53,762 nucleotides of DNA from positions 1 through 53,762 of the forward strand of contig CAVQGX010000008.1 in assembly GCA_963712115.1 (NCBI GenBank), written 5' to 3'. The notes below the pieces were generated by a model that was not told the origin of the DNA, searched no databases, and saw nothing but the letters and a program-made list of their open reading frames with translations. The stretch is from an uncultured delta proteobacterium. Its GTDB lineage: Bacteria > Desulfobacterota > Syntrophobacteria > BM002. Positions 18,615 to 28,315 of the stretch are shown here, piece by piece. A program made the position numbers and the translations under genes. The stretch's first letter is position 1. The number at the start of each line of letters is the position of its first letter.

Positions 18615-19517
18615 TTAGCTTTCTGCGTGAGGATGGGCGGTCCTCAGTTCACTGATGAAGTTAGCGAAGGATATTGAGGAAAAATAAACTGTTTTCGTTT
18701 GTGGTCCGAAGCAGATTTCATCACAGTCCACAACCTTGTATTGTTCAAAAGGCTTCAGAACCTTTCCATTCAATAATGTTCCATTCTTGGAGCCGCAGTC
18801 CACGATGTAGCAGCCTTTGGAGGAGGGGTGGAGGTAGAGATACGCATGTGTTTTGGACACCAAATTGTCATAGATGACTATGTCGTTAGTTGCGGCCCGT
18901 CCAATGGCAACAGTGTTTTTCGCCGTGTCAAATTTCCTTTTTCTAACTTCTATGACTGTAGCTTGATGAATATTGGCAATTGAGAAATCCCGTTTGATTA
19001 CTTGCATGGCCTGATCGTCGTCCAGTGATAGTGTGTTGAACTGGAAAACTGCATTGTTGTCCCCAGCACTTGCCGATTTCTCTACCAAAAAGCCACGAGG
19101 ATTAGCTCTGATAAGATCCGCGAACTCTAGATTTGAAATAGAACGGAGATAATAGGAGATTTCCTTGTACCTATATTTTACAGCGATCTCGGAGTGTTCA
19201 ACTTTTTCAAATTCTTGGAAATCCCTGCTGAACTCCAGAGCGACTCCCTCGTTCTGTTCATCCACCCGCCTGACAATCGCATTGCCCCGCAAACCGAAAA
19301 TTTTATCTCTATCAGTGAAACTGGGAGGTAGGAAAAGGGTAACAATTGCTTGATCACCAGTTCGGAAGGAACGCCAGTCTCTGGTTTTTACATAAACGCC
19401 GCCCTGGCTGATATTCTCGGTTAAGCCCTCCGTTTCATATCTAACTTTAGCGTTGAACAGCCTGGCCTCAAATTGACGCTCGATGCGAACGTGTTTTCTC
19501 CGTTCCCGAGAGGTCAT
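18615..19517 (-). CDS. PilZ domain plus FHA domain protein
   Basis: ERRKHVR and NISQGG (PilZ); IGRAATND, VSKTHA and DCGSKNGT (FHA). Confidence 0.85.
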   Translation of the reverse strand: MTSRERRKHVRIERQFEARLFNAKVRYETEGLTENISQGGVYVKTRDWRSFRTGDQAIVTLFLPPSFTDRDKIFGLRGNAIVRRVDEQNEGVALEFSRDFQEFEKVEHSEIAVKYRYKEISYYLRSISNLEFADLIRANPRGFLVEKSASAGDNNAVFQFNTLSLDDDQAMQVIKRDFSIANIHQATVIEVRKRKFDTAKNTVAIGRAATNDIVIYDNLVSKTHAYLYLHPSSKGCYIVDCGSKNGTLLNGKVLKPFEQYKVVDCDEICFGPQTKTVYFSSISFANFISELRTAHPHAES

Positions 19518-19600
19518 GGGGTTCCTGTCTTCCCTTGGTGCACTTTTAGGTTATAGGACCTCAGCGAGCACAGCTAGCTCTTGTTTTATCTCGAAAAATC

Positions 19601-19616
19601 TGCAATTTTTATACCC
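19601..19616 (-). promoter_or_regulatory. Putative sigma54 promoter
   Basis: GGGTATAAAAATTGCA (GG-N10-GC) upstream of the PilZ-FHA gene. Confidence 0.5.
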
Positions 19617-19888
19617 ACTTACCAAGCAAAATGTGCAGACTTATGTAACTGGATTTTCATCGCTTCCCTTTGCACCCGTCCTTTTCACTTGCACATGTTG
19701 GTGTTCAGTTGTACAAGCTAGTGGGCATATAAGTCGAGACTTGGACCGGTTTGCCGCCACCCCTCATATCTGTGCTTGAGTCCCATTATTAGGTTCCATT
19801 CAATCACTGAGCCAGCAAGCCTAGATACTGCAACATGTATCACTATCAAAAAGCAAAATTGTGCTAAAGTTTAAATAATACGTTACCC

Positions 19889-20074
19889 ATAGGCCGGATG
19901 TTTTATGAATTGCTGTCGCGAAACCGTGAAGATGGGTGGGCCACCGGGAAACCACAGGGTGTTGGACCCGAGGCGTACCTGAACGGTACGTCGCAGGGGC
20001 CGACACCCGAGGACGCCCGGGAGGACAGCCATACTCGCGGTTGTAGCAGGTCATTCATGAAATATCCGGGCTAG
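19889..20074 (+). mobile_element. MITE-like element, copy 2
   Basis: ATAG-GCCGGATGTTTTATGAAT...ATTCATGAAATATCCGGG-CTAG. Confidence 0.8.
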
Positions 20075-20090
20075 AGTTGGAGGTGAGGCA

Positions 20091-20711
20091 ATGGCTATAA
20101 TCTCAGTTTACAAGAGCTTTGCTACAGGCGGAAGAGAGGTGGGCCGAGTTCTGGCGAAAAATCTTGGTTATCAATATGTTGATAAGTCACTATTTCAAGA
20201 AATTGCTGAAGCACTGCATGTATCGGAAGGAACTTTGGAATCATTTGAACAGAGCCGACAATACCGAATATCCAATATCTTTTCGAACCTATTCAATAGA
20301 AGCTACATTCAACGAATTGTGGGATACGACAAATCAGTGGTGGAGGAGAAAGAGTATCAGAATAGTCTAAAGAAGCTTGTTCTTACCTTAGCAGAAGAAG
20401 ACAACGCAGTGATAATAGGGCGGGCATCTCACTATTTCTTGAGAGACAAGAAGAATTGTTTCCGTTTCCGGCTAGTCGCTCCCATGGAATTCCGCCTCAG
20501 GTATGCGGTGGAGAAGCACGGTATAGCCCCGTCCCAGGCCCAAAGCGTCATAGAAAGGAGAGAGAGAAATCACGAGTGGTTTCACCGCTCGGTCTGTGGG
20601 GACAATTACGACAGCCCGCTGCTGTTTCACCTAACAGTGAACACAGGACTTATTTCTATCGAAAAAACAGCAGATATTATTCTGTCGGTGGTAGGTGCAG
20701 TAAAAAATTAG
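20091..20711 (+). CDS. Cytidylate kinase-like family protein
   Basis: IISVYKSFATGGREVG, AVIIGRAS and FHLTVNTG. Confidence 0.8.
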   Translation: MAIISVYKSFATGGREVGRVLAKNLGYQYVDKSLFQEIAEALHVSEGTLESFEQSRQYRISNIFSNLFNRSYIQRIVGYDKSVVEEKEYQNSLKKLVLTLAEEDNAVIIGRASHYFLRDKKNCFRFRLVAPMEFRLRYAVEKHGIAPSQAQSVIERRERNHEWFHRSVCGDNYDSPLLFHLTVNTGLISIEKTADIILSVVGAVKN

Positions 20712-20719
20712 ACTGAGCT

Positions 20720-21493
20720 TCACTTTTTCGGCACCAGGATAATCTCTATGCGGCGATTTTGACGCCTACCCTTGGCCGTGTCGTTTGAGGCTACCGGCTT
20801 ATAGTAGCTATGGGCGGCTACTGAAAGCCTTTCTGGCTCCAGCCAGCCTTTCTCCTGGAGAAAACGAGCAACCCCTGTGGCCCTAGCTGCTGACAATTCC
20901 CAATTGGTGGGATATTTGTCCATTAAGACCAACCCGATGGGAACATCGTCCGTGTGGCCCTCGACTACTATGTTCTGGTTTTTGTTCTCCCTCAGCGAGT
21001 CAGCCAGCCCCAGAAGCGCCTCTTGACCCCTTTTGCCAATTTCCACCTTGCCAGTATCAAAAAGAATTTTATCCACAAAAGTTACCTTTAGTTTTCCCTC
21101 TATTTCCTCAATTTTGACTTCCTGTGCTTCTATCTGCTCTTGCAAACTACTCTCTATTTTCTCCTTTGTTGAGTGAAGCTCTCTGATAACTCTTGTTTGC
21201 TCTTCAATAGTGGATTCTTTCTTTTTAATGTCATATTTCAAGTCTTCCATCTTTTCGGAGAGTTGAATTTTTTCGTCCTCCTTTTCTTTTATTCTGCCCT
21301 GAAAATCTGCCAAGCTGTCCACACACTTTTCTCTGCTTTCTTCAGTATAGGAGAGTCTACTATTAGTGTAGCTAAGCGTCTCATTAGTGCGGGCGAGCTC
21401 GGATTCAAGTTGTATGTACTTCGATCTAGAAACACAGGCGGAAAGCAAAAGCGCTATGGAACACAAAACCAAAAGTGATCGTTTGTTAAACAT
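20720..21493 (-). CDS. OmpA/MotB-family lipoprotein with coiled coil
   Basis: LSAC lipobox; ILFDTG, VEGHTD, NWELSAARA and RQNRRIEI. Confidence 0.88.
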   Translation of the reverse strand: MFNKRSLLVLCSIALLLSACVSRSKYIQLESELARTNETLSYTNSRLSYTEESREKCVDSLADFQGRIKEKEDEKIQLSEKMEDLKYDIKKKESTIEEQTRVIRELHSTKEKIESSLQEQIEAQEVKIEEIEGKLKVTFVDKILFDTGKVEIGKRGQEALLGLADSLRENKNQNIVVEGHTDDVPIGLVLMDKYPTNWELSAARATGVARFLQEKGWLEPERLSVAAHSYYKPVASNDTAKGRRQNRRIEIILVPKK

Positions 21494-21852
21494 GGTCTCT
21501 CCCCCTTTAGTAAGGTCAATCCAGAACTGGTTGTTACCCAAATTCCATTTAGACCTATGCGGGTAGTTCTTCACCACAAAGTCCGCAAATATAAGCCGCC
21601 GCAAAACTGTCTGAGTTTCTTTTTTAGCAACAGCCTTTTGAGAATTGAGATCGTATTATGTTCGATAAAATAGTGAAATGACAAATCTCAGTCAATAGGG
21701 GAATTCAGCATATGGCAAATAAAATCCCATTTCTTGTAGGACAGAATGATTAAGTGCTTAAATTCGTCGGGCGGGGGGGCTGATTCTCACATCGCGGAAA
21801 AGGTATAGATTTGTCCACCCCAAGTGAATGGCAGGATACGGAGAAGACTTTG

Positions 21853-22071
21853 TCAGATAAGACTGCGGAGGACCGGTTTTATCCTTCTGACATCATTTGG
21901 CAGCAGGCCTTTCGGCACGTAGAAATTCCCGAGGGATAGCGAGAATTGATAACGCGCACAAGCGGAATAATCTCCGTGACAATATTTTTGCAGCAACTCA
22001 AATGCCTGAGATTGTGGGTCTATTGTGCTCTTATAAAACCAACAATCTCCATATATTTCGCACCGAGACAT
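21853..22071 (-). CDS. Small Cys-rich hypothetical protein
   Basis: C-x5-C...YC...CARY...LLPN pattern; GAGGTG RBS. Confidence 0.65.
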   Translation of the reverse strand: MSRCEIYGDCWFYKSTIDPQSQAFELLQKYCHGDYSACARYQFSLSLGNFYVPKGLLPNDVRRIKPVLRSLI

Positions 22072-22180
22072 TTTATCACCTCAATCCAAAACTGCCCCTG
22101 ACCTCAAACGCTACCACCAGAAAAAGCATAAATATCCTCACTCCCCGTATGCCGCCAATTGATTTTCCTAATCAGATAAT

Positions 22181-22196
22181 TGCAAGGGATGTGCCC
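22181..22196 (-). promoter_or_regulatory. Putative sigma54 promoter
   Basis: GGGCACATCCCTTGCA. Confidence 0.6.
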
Positions 22197-22200
22197 GAGT

Positions 22201-22379
22201 TGGAGATTTTAGATTTTAGATTTTAGATTGAAGATTGGAGATTTAAAAAGGCATAGGGCATAGAGTCAAAACATTTAGAAATTCGAAATTCCAAATTTGA
22301 AATTACTATAGCTGGCTACTGACTACTGGCTACTAGATTCTTTGATTTGGGATGTGGGATTTAGGTATGCGGATTTGGA
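22201..22379. repeat. Cluster of several heptamer tandem-repeat families
   Basis: (AGATTTT)n, (GGCATAG)2, (GAAATTC)-like, (CTGGCTA/CTGACTA)n and (GATTTGG)-like. Confidence 0.75.
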
Positions 22380-22386
22380 CTGTTAT

Positions 22387-23070
22387 CTATTTCCGGATGG
22401 CTCTTTTGAATGCTGCAATGTGGACTTCACCGGCGAAATGAACAGGGCTCTTTCCGTGGATGGGATCCCAACCAGATGGATCTGCTGAGCAGAAGTATTG
22501 CGTCTCAAGTCCGATGCGATGTACGGCTTCCTCGACTGGCAACCCCTCCATCCGCTTAGCAGCGTCCCAAGTTGCCCCGCAAGGGGCACCCCGGATCACC
22601 TCGATGCTGGCGACCTTACCCCCAGTGGTCTTCACTGCAAGCTCTGGAGAACCGAATAGCTCCCCGTATTCACCCAGGCCAACCTGCCTGGAAAGACCGC
22701 ATCAAGTTGGAGGGACAAAAACCCTTTGGCCCTTCAACTTTTTCCCGGAGGCAACTACAGGGATTTTCCGCTTGGCGCAGGCCGCGGCTAGATCATGGGA
22801 GAGGTCTGGGTGCTTCAAAAAGTCCAGAACAAGGTCCGCCTGAATATCTTTGGGCAAATACTCGTAGGTATTGTCAAGGATCGGAGGTAAGGATTCGTCG
22901 ATGGAGAAAGTCTCAATGATAAAAATATCCTTGCCGTATTTTCTGATACCCCGTATCTTGCTTTCACCGCTGCCATTCTGTTGGAAGACCAGGATTCTTT
23001 GAGATCTAGTCGGCTGTGGTGCTTTGGCTTCAGCGGGAATAAAACAACCTGTGCACTTCTCCGTGGCCAT
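22387..23070 (-). CDS. DUF166-like protein, probable selenoprotein (in-frame TGA at 22702-22704, motif PPT-U-CGL)
   Basis: ORFs 22702-23070 and 22387-22635 are in one frame, separated only by TGA. Read-through gives 227 aa with HPDL, RGAPCGATW and HFAGEVH motifs. A SECIS-like hairpin follows the TGA. Confidence 0.8.
22674..22691 (-). promoter_or_regulatory. Putative bacterial SECIS element
   Basis: CCAGGC-AGGUUG-GCCUGG hairpin starting 11 nt after the UGA. Confidence 0.65.
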
Positions 23071-23096
23071 TTATAGCGACCTCCCAGCCACCGCCG

Positions 23097-23435
23097 TTAT
23101 TGCAGATTGGTATCATTGACAAGTCGGGAAACAGCATCTGAAATAAACTGGCGATCTTCGTCAGACATCTCAACGAAACGGACTCCCATCCCAAGAGCCA
23201 AAACCTTGCCTGCCCATATCACTTCAGCTATGACTTTCAATGCCGAAGACTCTGGAGGCCTGATTGTTAAAGAGATTCGCTCTCCCAGATCCGGTGTCTC
23301 ATCGCAGTGGATATAGGCACCGCCAATCCCAAGATTTCTAAGTTTGGCCTCAAAGGTGCCTCGCGCGCTTTCGATGGTAACGGGCCATCTGATTTCGGCT
23401 CTTGGGTAAGTGCGTCTATCTTCATCAGGAACCAT
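23097..23435 (-). CDS. Single-domain PilZ protein
   Basis: DRRTYPR, NLGIGG and GMGVRF. Confidence 0.85.
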   Translation of the reverse strand: MVPDEDRRTYPRAEIRWPVTIESARGTFEAKLRNLGIGGAYIHCDETPDLGERISLTIRPPESSALKVIAEVIWAGKVLALGMGVRFVEMSDEDRQFISDAVSRLVNDTNLQ

Positions 23436-23632
23436 CTACTCACCCCCAAATCTCGATAGTGTCCCTCTCGCAAGTTTGAAGTAGTGCAATCCCAGATCTC
23501 CCGTAAAAACGCTTTCTTGCTTCTATACCTTGTACAACAACTGCAAAAATCAAACAATAATAATATTTTGATAGTTTGAGTAGATTCCAGCTTATTGCTG
23601 ACGGGTCAGCGTTCTAGTGATTCAACCGCCCA

Positions 23633-23740
23633 GGAGTAATGGAGTAGTGGAGTAATGGAATAATGGAGTAATGATAAGGACTTATTCAAGTCTAAATTCG
23701 GGTTTTAGCTTTTTCCAACGCTCCAGTACTCCAATACTCC
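23633..23740. repeat. Octamer tandem repeats in inverted arrangement, (GGAGTAAT)n...(ACTCCAAT)n
   Basis: About five forward units, then three complementary units. The same family occurs at about 32480-32505. Confidence 0.75.
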
Positions 23741-23802
23741 CTGACGAGCTTGGTTGATTGGAAGGCGGCTAGAGGAATAAGGAACTGGGTGAAAGCTTGC
23801 AT

Positions 23803-23856
23803 AAAAAAAGGCCCCTTAGCAATTTGGATAGTATAAGAGCTTGGTGCTTAGGGGCC
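23803..23856 (-). terminator. Intrinsic terminator
   Basis: GGCCCCTAAGC...GCTAAGGGGCC-T7 on the minus strand. Confidence 0.7.
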
Positions 23857-23940
23857 AATTCCAGTGGAGGGGATCACCCTCCTTAGTTGGACTGGAATAT
23901 CTACAACACAGCTTCGCCGAATGTCAAGAGAAAAATAGAC

Positions 23941-24126
23941 CTGGCCCGGATGTTTCATGAATTGGTGTCACGAGATCACGCAGATGGGCGTGCCACTGGG
24001 CAACCGCAGGGTGTTGGTCCTGAGGCGTACCTGAATGGTACGTCGCAAGGGCCGACGCCCGAGGACGCACGGAAGGACGGCCATATCCGTGGTCGCAGTA
24101 AGCCATTCATGAGACATCCGGGCTAC
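23941..24126 (+). mobile_element. MITE-like element, copy 3, abutting the moaD-like stop codon
   Basis: CCCGGATGTTTCATGAAT...ATTCATGAGACATCCGGG; the right flank CTA is the TAG stop of the MoaD-like gene. Confidence 0.8.
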
Positions 24127-24368
24127 CCTCCACCTATAGCGGGAAGAAAGGTAACATTGTCTTTGTTCTTGAGCACCCTTTCCATGGATGAAAGCTTGTT
24201 GTTCACCGCCACAAGAATGCCATCATCCGGAAATGGCAAATTAGGATAACGTTCCTTTATGTAGGCTAAAAGATCAGCAACACGAGTTTTCTTTGAGAGA
24301 GGAACCTGAATCTGGTCGGTCTGGGCTTTAGCCCTCTGCAATCCTAGAAATGTGACTGATACGTACAC
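24123..24368 (-). CDS. MoaD/ThiS-family sulfur carrier
   Basis: ILVAVN and C-terminal FLPAIGGG; follows AOR. The start is probably GTG 24368 (GAGG RBS). Confidence 0.85.
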   Translation of the reverse strand: MYVSVTFLGLQRAKAQTDQIQVPLSKKTRVADLLAYIKERYPNLPFPDDGILVAVNNKLSSMERVLKNKDNVTFLPAIGGG

Positions 24369-24400
24369 GAGTATGGCCTCACAAAGCTTCACTAAAGCTC

Positions 24401-26563
24401 TCAAACACCATAAGCCTGCAGCAGGGTTTCTGCCTTTTCGTCGAGGAGATCAAATTTTTCTAGGGTCTCCCGCAAGGGCACCGCGCCTGAATTATATCCC
24501 TTGGCCTTGTAGACCTCATCGCAAAGCTTTTGGTAGGCATCCTGCCTGAGTTCCAGAAGGGCTCGATGCTTTTCCTCGGGCGTGGGTGGAATGTCGTGCC
24601 CTCTTCCAAGATGTTCCTTTAACCACTCATCGTAATAATCGCTTCGCGATTGGTACTCATTAAAGTAAGCCGGGCCCATAGCCCTTAGCGGAATCTGATC
24701 GAAGGCTCTGGTTCCCTTACCTTGACGCAAATTGATCATTTTTTGTAGCAGGTGCAATCTCTCCGAATCATCAAGAATATCCTGGACAGTCTTTTTCTCA
24801 CCTATAGTGGCACCATAGTATTGGGCATAATATTCAAGGGTTGGTTGATTCTGTGAAGGATTATCTGTCTTGGCCGCCTCTGGGTGGCGGACATCTATCC
24901 AGGGCAATTTACACAGACCCACGGCATTAAACCAAGTACGAATGAGCGGAAACCATTTGAGGGCTTGCGCTTTCATTTCAAATGTTGGTATCTCGTTATG
25001 AACCTGGTCGATAAAAATAAGCCACGCCTCGTCGTGCTGGGGGCCTTTGAGGGAAAAACCGTAACCACCCTGTTGTGCCAGCGACTCTTTGCAGATGTAC
25101 ATGGAAAACTCTAAGCCCTTGACCTCCATCCCGAATTTGTTCAACTCGGCCATGCTTTCTTCTATGGATGTTTTTGTCCTGACAGCGAACCGTTCCGCCA
25201 CCCACTGCTTGGCCCTCTGCACGCCTTGACCGCATATTTTGCCAATTCCCTCTCCCCTTGCAGTTTCATGCAGAAGACGGTCGGCAGAGTCAATATTGCC
25301 CCAGGACAACTCATAGCCAATATCTTGGACAGATAGATATCCCCGCTGGAAACACTCCATAAGGAAGCCTGCTGTGACGCCCATGGAAATCGTATCCAGA
25401 CCGTACTCATCGCAGTACCAGTTATATTCCATTATATAGGGGGGATCGAATATCCCTTGGCAAGTAACGGCTGCAAGAGTCTCATACTCTGGGCCATCAA
25501 TACCTACTTTTTCGCCAGCCCGTGGGCCTCTGGTCAGCACCACCTTTTCAGCCCCTTTAGCGCAAGCTAGATTGCACCCCATATAGCAGCCGTCGGGCAC
25601 TTTTCTCTCAAAGTAGCGCTCCAAAAAGACATCGGCAAATACCGCGGGAGCGTCAGGATGCTTGCCATATTGATAATTATTCACAGGCAGAAGGTGGAAC
25701 TTGTTCATGTATTCAACCAGGACAGGGGTTCCCCAAGCGCCAAGGTTAAGCTGTTTAGGATCTTGTTGGCTAATCACCTTTTTCAGTTTGGCTCCCGCTT
25801 CCTGGACGGATTCTTTGTCAACAGGATAATTTGCCCGCACTCGGGGGAGGCTTGAGCGGACTAGCACCGCTCTTAAACCCTTAAATCGCATAACCGTGCC
25901 AGTACCACCGCGGCCGGCCTGTTTGCTTCGGATTCGCCTTCTGCGCCGGTCATAAAACAGGCTGTTTATGATGCCAAACCTGGCGTTCAAGGCCCCACTG
26001 CCGGTAGTAACTGCAGCTACATTTTCTGTGAGTTCACCCCCACTAAACTCTCTGATGAGGGCTTCCCCATAGGTAAGTCCTCCTGAATCGATCTCTTCAC
26101 CGAATGATGGAGCTTCGGCTATTGTAATCGTCCCTTCGTCACCATCTACGATTAGTACCACATTTTCTTTGGAAATCCCTCGCACAGCCAGGGCGTCGAA
26201 GCCGCACATCTTTAACAATGGCGCAAAATGACCGCCAATGTTTGAATCGATAAAGGTGTCCGTCAGGGGTGAAATGGTTCCCACGACAAACTTACCGGTT
26301 CCTGGGAATCTTGGTTCATTACCCAGAGGTCCGCTAGCCATCACCAGAATATTTTCCGGACTATCGTAGCGGGTTTCTTTGGATGTTCCGTCCCAGATCA
26401 TTTTTATGGCATAACCACGACCGCCCACATATTTGCGCCTGTAATCTGGCTCTACATCGATTGTCGAGATAGTCAAAGAGGTTAGATCCAACTGTAGGAT
26501 TTGATCTGTGTATCCGCCCTGCACAGGGGCAACTTCGTATCTGATGGAGTGCAATGTCTTCAT
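24401..26563 (-). CDS. Tungsten-type aldehyde:ferredoxin oxidoreductase
   Basis: YVGGRG, SNIGGHF, QAGRGGTGTVM, CYMGCNLAC, GPEYET and CDEYGLDTIS. Confidence 0.92.
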   Translation of the reverse strand: MKTLHSIRYEVAPVQGGYTDQILQLDLTSLTISTIDVEPDYRRKYVGGRGYAIKMIWDGTSKETRYDSPENILVMASGPLGNEPRFPGTGKFVVGTISPLTDTFIDSNIGGHFAPLLKMCGFDALAVRGISKENVVLIVDGDEGTITIAEAPSFGEEIDSGGLTYGEALIREFSGGELTENVAAVTTGSGALNARFGIINSLFYDRRRRRIRSKQAGRGGTGTVMRFKGLRAVLVRSSLPRVRANYPVDKESVQEAGAKLKKVISQQDPKQLNLGAWGTPVLVEYMNKFHLLPVNNYQYGKHPDAPAVFADVFLERYFERKVPDGCYMGCNLACAKGAEKVVLTRGPRAGEKVGIDGPEYETLAAVTCQGIFDPPYIMEYNWYCDEYGLDTISMGVTAGFLMECFQRGYLSVQDIGYELSWGNIDSADRLLHETARGEGIGKICGQGVQRAKQWVAERFAVRTKTSIEESMAELNKFGMEVKGLEFSMYICKESLAQQGGYGFSLKGPQHDEAWLIFIDQVHNEIPTFEMKAQALKWFPLIRTWFNAVGLCKLPWIDVRHPEAAKTDNPSQNQPTLEYYAQYYGATIGEKKTVQDILDDSERLHLLQKMINLRQGKGTRAFDQIPLRAMGPAYFNEYQSRSDYYDEWLKEHLGRGHDIPPTPEEKHRALLELRQDAYQKLCDEVYKAKGYNSGAVPLRETLEKFDLLDEKAETLLQAYGV

Positions 26564-26859
26564 CTGCTCACTTTGCCCTAATTGTTTGAGGTTCCGAAAA
26601 AAGAGGGGGTGGACGAAAAAACGAAACTAGCGCTACAACACACAAAGGTTCCAAAGAAAAAAAGGTCCCAAAGTAGATTTCGACTCGTTTGGGGTGGTTT
26701 TTTATCAAAGGCAACCTTGATATGTAACTAAAGGAACAAGCGATTTTTTTATAAGAAATACCAATAATTGTCAAGCAATTTGATCCAGAGACTATCTTAA
26801 GAAACTGAAAGGCAAAAAAAGCAAGATTTTTGTGAACAGAGCTATATTGGTAATTTTTT

Positions 26860-26875
26860 AGGCATGTATCTTGCT
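26860..26875 (+). promoter_or_regulatory. Putative sigma54 promoter upstream of mreB
   Basis: AGGCATGTATCTTGCT. Confidence 0.55.
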
Positions 26876-26997
26876 GTCTTCAGTTGTAATCCTCTGCCAT
26901 GGGTCTCCCACTGACCGAGAGTGAAATGCAAATAAGGGAGGGTATGCCTCAGAGGATATCAAAACCGCTATGAGAAGTTGTAAATGCTGACCTATAA

Positions 26998-28068
<1,071 letters not shown>

Positions 28069-28077
28069 GGTTTTTGA

Positions 28078-28115
28078 GTACCTGACACCTGAGACCCGAC
28101 ACCTGAAACCCTGAG
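28078..28115. repeat. Heptamer tandem repeat (CCTGACA/CCTGAAA-like)
   Basis: cctgacacctgagacccgacacctgaaaccctga; complementary units occur at 32330-32355. Confidence 0.65.
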
Positions 28116-28315
28116 ATTTGATGCTTGAAATTAGATATCTTGCATTGCTCCAGCACGACGCCGCCGGGTCGGCGCTATGAGATTGTCTAGCCTTCCTGCT
28201 TGGCACCAAGCAGTACGTAGCGGCAATTGAAGTGGGATCTCGGAACGGGGAACGCGGATTAAGAAAAAGGGCCCTTTCTCTATAATCCGCGTTCCGAGTT
28301 ACGAGTTAAATATTA

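Noticed and set aside
26564-26780. Moco/tungsten-cofactor riboswitch upstream of AOR
   Set aside because: No recognisable conserved motif by eye; a cmscan would be needed to exclude it fully.
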